A DNA stretch of 63,727 nucleotides, counting the filler, from Hyphochytrium catenoides (Eukaryota; Protista; Hyphochytriomycota), in assembly GCA_900088475.1 (NCBI GenBank). It is 8 parts of 8 records of this genome, joined end to end, with 100 filler letters (N's around TTAATTAATTAA, not from the genome) between each part and the next. Parts side by side here need not be neighbours in the genome. Positions count along the whole stretch, not along the records: positions 1 to 5,828 come from FLMG01000105.1; positions 5,929 to 17,486 come from FLMG01003606.1; 6 more parts are not named here. One strand, written 5' to 3'. A model generated the notes under the pieces. It worked only from the letters and a program-made list of their open reading frames with translations. It ran no database searches and was not told where the DNA came from. The position numbers and the translations under genes were made by a program. Shown here one piece after another: positions 1 to 10,499 of the stretch; the first letter of the stretch is position 1; each line of letters begins with the position of its first letter.

Positions 1-788
1 CTCTCTCATTTATATAATATATCAAACATATAATAACTATTAAGAACTAAGAACTAAGAAGAAGTAAAACAAGAAGAAGGAGACGAAGAAGGAGGAGGAG
101 AAGGAAAAGAACCAAGGAGAAGAAGAAGAGAAAGGAAGAGGAGACAAGAAGAGCTACAAAGCTTTGGACTCTACAACAAGTTCTCCTCCGCCACCCTCGC
201 CATCGATGTCAGAAAGAAGAAGAATCATAGTTGAACTCTTCCGCAACTCTTCTATTATTCCTCCGGCATTAGCCAAACACTCTGCAAGCAAGAAGACAGA
301 CTAGTCTACATCATCTCTCTCTCTGCTTCGCGTAGTTAGTATGGAAAACCTTTAAACCAGCAAACACACTCTTGCAAACAACTTTGGTGGTAGCAGTCAA
401 ATTGTGCTCACTTTGACTCCAACCATTTGCTCACTCATCCCATCATCTTGCCTCCCCTTCTTAGCAAACGCTGGATTAGCAAACAAAGCCTTGCAAACAC
501 ACTGGGCATGCGGTTATAACGCGCACTCCCGAATGCTTGCAACCCTCATGATGAAGTGAGGTCATCCCACTAATAATGTTAAGCCCTACTATGGATGGGA
601 TTAGGATATGATTAGCGGCAGGAGGAGGATGAGTTTGCACATCAAGTTTTATTGAGCTTACTTGTCGTAATAGCGAAGGCTCGCTAACGGTAGCGCTTCG
701 TAATTCCCATCAGCGGAGTTGAGAATATTGATTGGGAAAGGGGAAAACGAGTCAGAAGAGGGCGCAAGGAAGAGGTGAAGATAAACAA

Positions 789-1790
789 AAAGGTTGATCT
801 CCACAATTGATAGTCCGACGACCCAACGCTTTGACGTAGGGGTGTGCTACTACGTGGACGAGCGGGAGGTATGGGCTCTCAAGTGACAGTTGGCAGCGTC
901 CTTCGTTATGGGTTATAGGCCAGACAACAATGGACCGACGCGATGAAGGGTTCAAGAGCAGTAAAGACATCAACAACAAAAAAGAAGGAGTTGATGCCCA
1001 CGAGGATGTGATCTATCCAAATTGTAAGTGAATCATGCTACCTTGACGAGCTGAAGGTGTGAGCTATTAACTGAAGTCTCAGGGTAGGCCGTCCTTCTTG
1101 AAGGCCAGACGACAGGTGGTTGCCTGGATGAGAAAGACAGGGAAGAGGGAAAAAAGGAAGTCACGAGAAAATACCTACGAGATGGAAGGTAAAGCCGGTC
1201 GCCCTCGGACAACAGCAAAAGAACTGAAGAAGACAAAAAAAAAGGTTGATGTCCACGAAAATCTGATCCAATTGATTTGATAGGAGATGTGTGCTACGTG
1301 GGCGAGTTGGAGGTGTGACCTCTCAACTGAAGTGTCAAGGCCCGCCAGTCCTTCTTAAAGGCCAGATGACCGGTGGTTGCTGGGATGGGAAACAAGTTGG
1401 AAAGGGAGGAGGAGAGAAAAAAGGAGATCATGAGATGATGCCTACTACGAGATGGAAGAAGGGGAAGTCGGTCGTGTTCTGGCAAGAGCAAAAGAATTGA
1501 AGAAGATAAAAGAAAGGTTGATGTCCACGAAAATCTGATCCAATTGATTTGATAGGAGATGTGTGCTACGTGGGCGAGTTGGAGGTGTGAGCTCTCAACT
1601 GAAGTGTCAGGGCAGGCCAGTCCTTCTCAAAGGCCAGGTGGTTAGGGGCAGCCAGAAGGAGATCACACGGACGAGCAACAAAAATGGAGATGCTGTCCAC
1701 GAGGAATTGATCGACAGCCAGTTTGATGCTTGAGGTGTGCTACGTGGACGATGTGAGGCGCTCAACCTCACTGATAAGCCTCAGCACTGT
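789..1790. repeat. Degenerate tandem repeat, about 5 copies, unit ~175-272 bp
   Basis: Block AAAGGTTGATGTCCACGAAAATCTGATCCAATTGATTTGATAGGAGATGTGTGCTACGTGGGCGAGTTGGAGGTGTGA is near-identical at ~1241 and ~1513 (period 272). More diverged copies start near 790, 990 and 1690. Confidence 0.85.
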
Positions 1791-4593
1791 GAGTCTCATA
1801 TATGAAGACACTGCAGGAGCGGCAGGTGGGGCAGAGGGATAGACAAACCATCATCAGAGATAACAAAGCATGAAAACTAGGATTATTGAGAGAAGAAGAA
1901 GAGAAACGACAACGAGTGAAGGTCATTGTCGAACTGTATTATTGTTGACTTCCCTCCTTTTTCCCCTTTCTAAGGAGTATTACTACTGCCAGATGACAAC
2001 CACTCTTGACATTGCCACCTAGGAGTGAATGTCTCCAAGGCTGCTACAACTCTCTCTTTCTGCCTACACAAGCGTAATACCATATTATCACTACTGCTGG
2101 GCAGCAGTTGCCCTGGACGCCCTCGACCATCATCATCAGCTTCCGCTGCACTTATTTATTCTCTTCTTATTCTCCTAGGTACCACCACCACCACTCTTCT
2201 TGTTAGCGCGATTGATGGTCCTTTATTATAAGATCTCTCTTCTTCTCTATTATTCTGCACACACTGGGGAGAAGAACCCATCGCCCGGATCTAGTGCCCG
2301 GCCGCCCGGCACAACCTGTTGGGCATAATAAAGGAGAAGAAAGAGAGAGAAGAGAAATTGAAGGTCAAGAGAGGAAAAGATTGACTGTGATTAGCATCTC
2401 ACCATGTAGCACGACTCAGTCAGCAGCCACCGTCGTCATCTGGGTAGAGGAGGGAAATTAGGAAGAAGGTTAGTAGTAGGTATTACTTCGCGCTTGATCG
2501 TCAATCATCTGACAATCTATCGCCATCTTCGAGTGCCTCCTCCTCTTTAGTATCCTTGTTGTTGCTGTTGGTCACCTTGTTGGGCGGCAACCGTCGTTAG
2601 ATTTCTTAGTGCTGAACTGTTCTTGTTCGTCTCACGAGCTGGTCGACCAGTCACCAGAGCTTTTGTTGTTGTTCTACTTATGCGCAGTCCATGATGAACT
2701 CTTGTCAGGCAAAAATTGCCCATAATACCGCACTACTGGTTGACTAATGGCCGACGAGCTTGGCTGCTGGCTGAGGATAGCACCCTAAGAGCCATTCCAA
2801 AAAGAAGACGAGAAAAATGCGTTGTACCATCTAGTAGGTAAAAACGAGGGAGGAGGAGGAGGAATTGCTGCAATTCAATTAGCATCCCTTCGTTCTATAT
2901 GCTTTAGGTACAAGCCACTATAGACAAGCCAAGGCTTTCGTCAGCCCGATAATCTTCCCCAGCTACCGCACAATAGGCCCAAGAGGCTGATTACTGCACT
3001 TAAGCACCACCTGGGTTTAGAAACAGAAAAGTGCAAATGGTGGATGCGCGAATCCGTAGATTTGCAAGCTATTCCCTATAACTAGCGTGGCATTAAGCTG
3101 TGCTTCCTCACAAGATCGGTGGCGACCATGAAGGTGGTTCTGGGAAAGCTGCATGGCCTTGTAGGCACCAGTGAGGAGACTCCTATTACCACTGCCTGGC
3201 GTAGGCTTCATTTCCCATTTACGTGCTTCTAGAGCAGCATGAGCTCTTTGACGTTGTACTCCAGAGACCTGGTACAGCGGTTTGTGGTACCCTTTGGCTT
3301 TTTGGCTTTGGAACAGATACTCTGAAGCGAGCTTGGAAGTAGGTTATGAGCCGTCAAGGCTACGGAAAAGACTGGCCAAGCACCAGGAGAGGTGGACTCT
3401 AGCACTTTCAGAGAGCTCTCTCGCCTTCTCTCTGACTTTTTTGATTCTCTCTCACTTGCGGATGAGAGAGTGGAGAAGCTCCAAACAGAGGCAAAAGTAG
3501 TATCGTTGGCAGGATCGAACCTGCCCCACAGCCACACGCCGGGTCAAGGTTTAGACTCCCTTATTATATCTAGAGGCAAATTGAGGTAACCATTCAGGCA
3601 GCCTTTAGGGTAGAAGAGAGATGGGGCCAGATAGAGGGCGGGCTACAGAGACAGAGAGAGAGGATGGCATAAGTACGCAAGGACAAGAGATATAGGGAAA
3701 ATGTTAAAAAGAGGGAGAGAGACGGAGAGAGAGAGACGATTTGTGAAGATGAGACTAAGACGCATAGACGCTCATCACCTCACTCTCTCCCTCTTTCTTG
3801 TCTCTCGGGGTGGACGCCCGCTAGGGTGAACCTTGCTTTCTGGATGGCAAAGAGGCGGCAATCAGTCAGACCGAGGCAGTGTGTTGGCAGATGTCTTTCC
3901 CTTCTCTCCTACCCGCTCAGGAGTGTGGGTCAACCCTTTCTAAGCCCACCCTTCTTCTCCCTCTTTAAGCCTCTATGGCCCACGTTGTTCTTCCGCCTTC
4001 GTATCTTGTCTTGCTTGGCTAGTCATAACCCCTTAGAGTCATCTCTATAACTGACTTCTTGCATGTCGTGGCGTTCACTTCTTCTTCTAGCGCCATCTTC
4101 TCCCCTCAAAAAAGGTGACCGGCCTGGCTATGCCCTACAAAGCACCAAGACACAAGCCGGAAGGCGGATACTCGGTTACTTTACAATTGTGTCAACTTGT
4201 TCTTTAAAGAGAATGTTAGAGAATGTCGGACTTTGGCGAACCTTCCCTTTCTGTCGTGCTGCTCGATGTATTAAGCATATTCATAGTAGATCGTCCCATC
4301 ACCAGTGGGCGACGTTCAGGATGACGGCAAGCTGCTCAAACCCTTCTCGATGCCCACGTCTCCACTCAGCTGCATACTTTCACCGGAGTCAACCTCGTTC
4401 CTCTGAGCAAAACGTCAGCAAAACATGAGAAGGAGAGATTAGGATCGGGAGTCGCTACTTTGGCGATTAACATAGTGGCAATACTGACGGGACAAGGAAA
4501 GGGAGCTCCTCTTATTTCCTCTATCAAGAGCTCCGGCAGCCAATATGCGCGCAGCAGGGCGTGAGCCCGCGCTACTATGGTAGCTTCTCGTTG

Positions 4594-5394
4594 TTAATAG
4601 TAGTTGTAGGGCCGTCGATAGAAAGGAAGTGACTTCAAGTTGAAGCCTCCAATGTAAAGTCTTCCAAGGACCCGGACCCAGGAGGAGGAAGGAGAGGAAG
4701 CACCACCGCTGCTGGCACCGTCGCCTGCTGTGTCCTCCTCGCCTCCCTCCTCGTTCTCTTGTTCTCTACCTTCATTCCTAGTATCTTTTTCTTCTTGAAT
4801 GCTAGTAGGGTGGACAGGAGAAGAAGAATGTCCTCCTCTTTCTCTTTTCTTCTTGAAAAGAGTTTCAAGGGCTTCTTCTGACCGTTGTTGCTTTTTCTCC
4901 TTCCTTTTGGCCTCCGTTTCCCCTTTCTTCTTCCTCTTCTCCTTTCTGTTGGCTCCCATCACCCAGGGACCGCCCTCAACTATCTCTCTCATCTCTCCAT
5001 CGCCTAGTCCTTCTCTCAGAGAAAGGTTTAGCCCTTTCGCCGCTAGCTCGGATTGTAGCTCTTGAAGATCCAGATTGATTAGCATTAACTGCTTCTGGTA
5101 GGCATTTCTCGTAGTCTTCGCCCCTGGATGCAGGCTGTTCAATGCGCACTCGAGCTCTTTTTTCCTCTTCTGAACTTGGTGAACCAGCCGTGATTCCACA
5201 GCTGCGGGCACCTCAGGCATTTGCCCCTTTACTGCCCTATCTTCTCTGTTCTTCTCCTTCAAGCTTACAGCAGATGCTCCTCCTCCTGCTAGAGTTCCAT
5301 GTACCACGGACTCCATAGCCGGAGTGGCAAGGCCACAAGGCGTCAAGTTTCCCCGCTTCTCCTTCTGGAAGGGAAAAGCAGAACGGTGGTTCAA
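4594..5394 (-). CDS. Hypothetical Lys/Glu-rich ORF, possibly a transposable-element relic
   Basis: 266-aa ORF with coiled-coil-like and low-complexity stretches in a repeat-rich scaffold; no family motif recognised. Confidence 0.25.
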   Translation of the reverse strand: MNHRSAFPFQKEKRGNLTPCGLATPAMESVVHGTLAGGGASAVSLKEKNREDRAVKGQMPEVPAAVESRLVHQVQKRKKELECALNSLHPGAKTTRNAYQKQLMLINLDLQELQSELAAKGLNLSLREGLGDGEMREIVEGGPWVMGANRKEKRKKKGETEAKRKEKKQQRSEEALETLFKKKRERGGHSSSPVHPTSIQEEKDTRNEGREQENEEGGEEDTAGDGASSGGASSPSSSWVRVLGRLYIGGFNLKSLPFYRRPYNYY

Positions 5395-5828
5395 GGCTTG
5401 TAGCGTTCTTCAGTTGTCTACAGAAAATTATATTGTAAGATGTCTTGCCGCCTCCGCTCTATTGTGGATAAATAAGATTATAAAGAGGAAGCTCTTCGCT
5501 TGCGCCTGTCCCAGCAGCACCAGGACGGATGATATTGTTGGACCGACGGCGTGGTGCTGCTAAGAAAACTAACTCTCTTGGTGCTCTTGCGTGATGGAAC
5601 GTCATCTTGAAGATTGTTCGCATTGTGGCTCCTGCTGTCTCTGTCCCACGTCGTCCCTCTGTCCAAACGTCCAGCACTGGACTCACCCGTCCAACTTGAT
5701 GGCAAGCACAAGGGTGTTTTGGGTTTGTATGGTGTGAGTGGGCATGTCCAAGCTGACAAGGCATGTGGCAAAATGTGTACTCGTACAGGCTGATCTGGTC
5801 AATAATGACCTATTTTCTCCGAAAGACC

Positions 5829-5928
5829 NNNNNNNNNNNNNNNNNNNNNNNNNNNNNNNNNNNNNNNNNNNNTTAATTAATTAANNNNNNNNNNNNNNNN
5901 NNNNNNNNNNNNNNNNNNNNNNNNNNNN
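5829..5928. other. Artificial scaffold linker (N44-TTAATTAATTAA-N44); same linker at 17487-17586, 42501-42600, 48660-48759, 50872-50971, 53603-53702 and 56486-56585
   Basis: Identical 100-nt N-padded spacer with a six-frame stop motif occurs seven times; base composition changes abruptly across the linkers flanking the mitochondrial scaffold. Confidence 0.97.
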
Positions 5929-5930
5929 CA

Positions 5931-6416
5931 CCTTTTTCGCCATCTGTAAGTGTTTTTTGTCATTTTTTAAAAAATACAGAAACTTCAAAAAAAAGACAAT
6001 TAGTACCGCAAATGAATGAAATGCGATTTGTAAAAAAACAAATTTTTTTAAATTTTTTAAATCAAAAAACACACCAATTTTCATCTCGTATCAACGGACG
6101 TTTGCTAATTGCTTGTGGATCTTTTTCTACAATAAATGTTACAACTTTATTGCAAATGAATGCATTTAATTTCTCTTTTATTGGTATGAATTGGAAAAAT
6201 TTTTATTTTTCTGATTCTTCTTTAAAAAGTATACATTTATTTAAAAAAATATTTCAAAGCAATGATTTCCCAGAATTAAATCAGAAATTAACAGAATATT
6301 TTATTTATAATTTATTAATGGCAACAGTGCTTACAAATTTGAATCAATATTCTTTATTCAAATTAAAAACACTAATGCTTTTTTCTTCAAATAATTTGAT
6401 AAGTCCTCAAAGATAA
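5931..6416 (+). CDS. Divergent mitochondrial ORF, possibly ribosomal protein L10 (5'-truncated at the scaffold edge)
   Basis: Frame is open from the scaffold start. 'RFVKKQIFLNFL...INGRLLIA...FSFIGMNWKN' follows the uL10 pattern (vvKN.ll...l...l.Gp..ia...l.gg..e). Weak pattern match by eye. Confidence 0.4.
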   Translation, partial: PFSPSVSVFCHFLKNTETSKKRQLVPQMNEMRFVKKQIFLNFLNQKTHQFSSRINGRLLIACGSFSTINVTTLLQMNAFNFSFIGMNWKNFYFSDSSLKSIHLFKKIFQSNDFPELNQKLTEYFIYNLLMATVLTNLNQYSLFKLKTLMLFSSNNLISPQR

Positions 6417-6495
6417 TAATCACATGGAAACATGTGGGACCCGACCTCTGTTTATTATCTTTCTAAAATTTTTTATGTTTTATTAATAAAAAAAA

Positions 6496-7974
6496 ATGAT
6501 GAATAATCTCTTATTTTATGTTTTAATTGCACCGCTTTTTGCAGCTATTATAATTTTAATGACTCCAAAAAAATACGATAATTTTATTCGACAATTTGGA
6601 TTATACGCAAGTTGGGGAATTTTTGGATTATCTTCATGGTTATGGTTTTTATTCAATGAAAATACTTCGAAATTTCAATTTTTAAAATCTTTTCCTATTT
6701 TTGAAGAATATAATATTCATTTTGTTATAGGAATCGATGGTATTTCATTATTTTTTATACTACTAGTTACATTTCTTTTTCCTCTATGTATTTCGGGAAG
6801 TTTTAAAAAAATAAAACTTCATGAAAAAGAATATTTTCTATGTTTTTTTATTATGGAAAGTATGTTAATTGCAGTTTTTAGTTTATTGGATATTTTATTA
6901 TTTTATGTTTTTTTTGAAAGTGTTTTAATCCCAATGTTTTTAATTATTATTATTTGGGGCTCGCGTGAACGAAAAGTACGTGCTGGTTATTTATTATTTT
7001 TATACACATTAGTTGGATCTTTAATAATGTTATACGCTATTTTAGATATTCATGCTAAGTACGGTACAACAAATTATTTAATATTATTAACAACTACATT
7101 TCCGGAAACCTATCAACATTTTGTTTGGTTAGCTTTTTTTATTTCTTTTGCTATTAAAGTACCTATGGTTCCATTTCATTTATGGTTACCAGAAGCCCAT
7201 GTTGAAGCACCAACAATGGGTTCTGTAATTTTAGCTGGAATTCTTTTAAAATTAGGAACTTATGGTATTTTGCGTTTTTTAATTGCTCTTTTCCCACTTG
7301 CAACTCATTATTATACTCCATTTGCCTATACTCTTGCAAGTATTGGCGTTATTTACGCATCTTTAACAGCTATTCGTCAAAATGATATGAAACGTATTAT
7401 TGCTTATGCTTCTGTCGCACACATGAATTTAGTTGTCATGGGTTTATTTTCATTAACTATTCAAGGAATCGAGGGTGCAATTTTACAAAGTATTAGTCAT
7501 GGTTTTGTTTCTAGTGCTTTATTTTTATGTGTAGGTGTTCTTTATGATCGTCACCATACTCGTTTATTAGAATATATAGGAGGTGTTGTTTTAATTATGC
7601 CAATTTTTTCTATTATTTTTTTATTTTTTACTATGGCTAATATTGCGTTTCCATTAACAAGTAGTTTTGTTGGGGAATTTTTAATTCTTGTAGGAGTTTT
7701 TGAAAGCAATACTTTTGTTGCTGTTTTAGGATCAACTGGTATGGTTTTAGGAACGATTTATTCTTTATGGCTTTATAATCGAATTTGTTTTGGACAAATT
7801 AAAGAAAAATATATTAAACAATTTTCTGATTTAACTCATGAAGAATTATCTGTATTTGTTCCTCTAATTTTTGCGACATTATTTTTAGGGATATATCCCC
7901 GTTTGTTATTAAAAGCATTGCATTTTTCTGTTATTGCCTTGATCAGCCATACGACAATGCATATGTTTTTATGA
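6496..7974 (+). CDS. nad4: NADH dehydrogenase subunit 4
   Basis: Motifs FYVFFESVLIPMF, KVPMVPFHLWLPEAHVEAPT, LAGILLKLGTYG, KRIIAYASVAHM; 492 aa hydrophobic protein. Confidence 0.98.
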   Translation: MMNNLLFYVLIAPLFAAIIILMTPKKYDNFIRQFGLYASWGIFGLSSWLWFLFNENTSKFQFLKSFPIFEEYNIHFVIGIDGISLFFILLVTFLFPLCISGSFKKIKLHEKEYFLCFFIMESMLIAVFSLLDILLFYVFFESVLIPMFLIIIIWGSRERKVRAGYLLFLYTLVGSLIMLYAILDIHAKYGTTNYLILLTTTFPETYQHFVWLAFFISFAIKVPMVPFHLWLPEAHVEAPTMGSVILAGILLKLGTYGILRFLIALFPLATHYYTPFAYTLASIGVIYASLTAIRQNDMKRIIAYASVAHMNLVVMGLFSLTIQGIEGAILQSISHGFVSSALFLCVGVLYDRHHTRLLEYIGGVVLIMPIFSIIFLFFTMANIAFPLTSSFVGEFLILVGVFESNTFVAVLGSTGMVLGTIYSLWLYNRICFGQIKEKYIKQFSDLTHEELSVFVPLIFATLFLGIYPRLLLKALHFSVIALISHTTMHMFL

Positions 7975-8077
7975 TTTCAAATATGTACTTTATGGCAATA
8001 TTAACGCATGATATTTGGTTGACACTTCAACATTTAATATTGTATTTCTAAAACGTTTATCGATTAATGAGGAATTT

Positions 8078-8443
8078 ATGTTAAAAACAAAATATAATTA
8101 TTTTTTTTTATTTATTTTTTTACTATTTAGTTTATTTTTAACGGCATTAATTTTTTCATTGTCTTATTTTATTGCAAATCAAAATGAAGATATTGAAAAA
8201 GTATCTCCGTATGAATGTGGTTTTGATCCTTTTGAGGATGCGCGAAACCAAGTAGATATTCATTTTTATTTAGTTGCAATTTTATTTATTATATTTGATA
8301 TTGAAGCCGCATATTTATACCCTTGGGCAGTTTCTTTAGCTAATTTAGATTCGTCTAGTTTATGGGTATTTATTGATTTTCTTGTTGAACTAGCTGTTGG
8401 TTTAGTTTATGCATGGAAATGCGGTGCTTTAGATTGGGAATAA
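8078..8443 (+). CDS. nad3: NADH dehydrogenase subunit 3
   Basis: [28 protein letters not shown]-terminal GALDWE. ATG at 8078 gives the typical 121 aa. Confidence 0.97.
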   Translation: MLKTKYNYFFLFIFLLFSLFLTALIFSLSYFIANQNEDIEKVSPYECGFDPFEDARNQVDIHFYLVAILFIIFDIEAAYLYPWAVSLANLDSSSLWVFIDFLVELAVGLVYAWKCGALDWE

Positions 8444-8550
8444 TGTTAAATTCAAGTTCATTTTTTTTTTTTCAATTTAACATTTCATTAAATTTATTTT
8501 TTAACTCATATGTTCTATTCCTGTTTATAAAATTTATTATTCAACAATTT

Positions 8551-9354
8551 ATGATGAAAAAATATCAAACATTACATCCATATCATATTGTAGATAAAAG
8601 CCCATGGCCTTTTTTATCAAGTATTTGCGTTTTTTCATTAACAGTAGGAGGTGTTGCTTATATGCATTTTTATCTTAAAGGAAAAACTTTGTTTTTTATG
8701 AGCCTTCTGTCTTTAACTTATGTTTTATCAAAATGGTGGAGAGATATTATTCGTGAAGGAACTTTCGAGGGACAACATACACGTGCCGTTCAAAAAAGTC
8801 TTCGAATTGGTATGATTTTATTTATTGTTTCAGAAATTATGCTTTTTTTTGCTTTTTTTTGGGGATTTTTTCATTCAGCTTTAGCACCAGTACCTGAAAT
8901 TGGATCGGTATGGCCTCCTTTAGGTATTGAAACACTATCTCCATGGGGAATTCCGTTATTAAATACTTTAATTTTATTAACTTCAGGAGCAACAATTACT
9001 GTAGCACATCATGCTATTGTTGCAGGTAAATATGACTGGGCAGTTTTTTCTCTTTTAGCCACAATTGGTTTAGGAATAATTTTTACTTTTTTACAATATG
9101 AAGAATATAAACATACCACTTTTACAATGGCAGATGGTGTATATGGTTCTACATTTTTTTCTTTAACAGGTTTACATGGATTTCATGTTTTAATAGGAAC
9201 TATTTTTATTGCTGTGACCACATCAAGAGTTTTTCTTGGCCATTTTTCCCGACAACACCATTTTGGCTTTGAAGCCAGTGCGTGGTATTGGCATTTTGTT
9301 GATGTAGTATGGATTTTACTTTACATCACAATTTACTGGTGGGGCGGTAAATAA
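8551..9354 (+). CDS. cox3: Cytochrome c oxidase subunit 3
   Basis: HPYHIVDKSPWP, GMILFIVSE, TGLHGFHV, WYWHFVDVVW. ATG 8551/8554 gives the typical length; an in-frame ATG at 8443 overlapping the nad3 stop is also possible. Confidence 0.97.
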   Translation: MMKKYQTLHPYHIVDKSPWPFLSSICVFSLTVGGVAYMHFYLKGKTLFFMSLLSLTYVLSKWWRDIIREGTFEGQHTRAVQKSLRIGMILFIVSEIMLFFAFFWGFFHSALAPVPEIGSVWPPLGIETLSPWGIPLLNTLILLTSGATITVAHHAIVAGKYDWAVFSLLATIGLGIIFTFLQYEEYKHTTFTMADGVYGSTFFSLTGLHGFHVLIGTIFIAVTTSRVFLGHFSRQHHFGFEASAWYWHFVDVVWILLYITIYWWGGK

Positions 9355-9360
9355 TATTAC

Positions 9361-10407
9361 ATGACGAAAATGATGAAAATGATGAAAATGACGACAATGT
9401 TACAAAATTATAAAAACAAAATTCTAATATATTTTCAAATTTTCCCTTTTTTTTTCGTCTTGTTTGCATTTTTTTTCCTAACAAGTTATGGGATTTTATT
9501 CTATTTTTTGGTAAACCGTTCTTCAGAAACAGCAGAAATTTTGACGGCTCATTTAAATTTTTGTTTATCTGATGGTTACATAAATTTAAAAGAAGAAGAA
9601 CAATCTTCAAAATCATCTAACATTGAAATCATTCGTGTTCAAAAAAATTATGTTCTTCAAGTAAATACAGAAACGGCTGATATTACAATAACATTGACCG
9701 ATGAAATGCAAGAGGAATTAACTCGAAATATGAGTATAAAAACGAACCTCGAAAATATTATGGAAGATTTTAAAAATCCTGAATATCGTCAAAAATTTAT
9801 GAGCCACCCTCTGATGGATAAAGCTATTATGAATTTGCAAAAATCTTTTGAACTTTCAAAACAAGATAATATAGATCCAAAAACTTTTCTAATCGTGGCT
9901 TTTGTAACTATAGGTCTTTCAATTGCTGGTGGATATTACATTCATTATTCTTTTAAAAATGAAATCATGTCTTTTTTAAATTCTTTAAATTTAAACAAAA
10001 ATGATATGTCTTCTATTGCAGATCAAGAAAAAGCTATAAAAAATTTTATAAAAAGTTGTTTTGAAACACAGATTGCTTTGCTTAAAGAGGAACTGTCTGC
10101 ACTGAAACAAGAATCCATTCCTGTTGGAAAGATATTAGTAGGTCAAAAAGGAATATTTGATCAAGATCAAAAATTGTTTAAACTGACTATGTCACGTTTT
10201 TCAGTTTTTGATGCTCGTATAACAAATTTAGAGGGTGCTATACAAAATTTAGATTCTCTTGTTTTAAATTTAGAAACCCTTTTAAATATACAAGAAAAAA
10301 TTTTAAAATCTGTCGCAGCAAAAAAAGAAGAATCATTTGATAAAAATGATATTATAATTAGTATCGTATCAGAAATTTTTGATATGTTGAAATCTAAAAA
10401 AAAATAA
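9361..10407 (+). CDS. Unknown mitochondrial membrane protein orf348 (two TM segments plus coiled-coil C-terminus); paralog of orf310
   Basis: Long open frame in very AT-rich DNA starting 7 nt after the cox3 stop; hydrophobic segments near aa 22-50 and 176-195; clear similarity to the next ORF. Start uncertain because of several in-frame ATGs in 9-bp repeats. Confidence 0.85.
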   Translation: MTKMMKMMKMTTMLQNYKNKILIYFQIFPFFFVLFAFFFLTSYGILFYFLVNRSSETAEILTAHLNFCLSDGYINLKEEEQSSKSSNIEIIRVQKNYVLQVNTETADITITLTDEMQEELTRNMSIKTNLENIMEDFKNPEYRQKFMSHPLMDKAIMNLQKSFELSKQDNIDPKTFLIVAFVTIGLSIAGGYYIHYSFKNEIMSFLNSLNLNKNDMSSIADQEKAIKNFIKSCFETQIALLKEELSALKQESIPVGKILVGQKGIFDQDQKLFKLTMSRFSVFDARITNLEGAIQNLDSLVLNLETLLNIQEKILKSVAAKKEESFDKNDIIISIVSEIFDMLKSKKK

Positions 10408-10499
10408 CAACCTTCCCTTTTATTTTATAAACGGAGCCTATCGACCGACAGATAGTCCCCGTTCTCTTCTCCTATTTCCTTTCCCGTATTAGACTATAA

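Noticed and set aside
789-1790. CRISPR array
   Set aside because: Repeat cores are ~100 bp and degenerate, spacers are homologous to one another, no cas genes, eukaryotic context.
5873-5884. Recurring TTAATTAATTAA motif as a biological repeat or CRISPR-like element
   Set aside because: Always centred in exactly 44+44 Ns; it is an assembly linker with stops in all frames. Gene adjacency across linkers means nothing.
8413-8550. N-terminal extension of Cox3 as given in the ORF track (similarly the longer nad3 and nad9 starts)
   Set aside because: Overlaps nad3 and is poly-T-derived; downstream ATGs give the canonical lengths.
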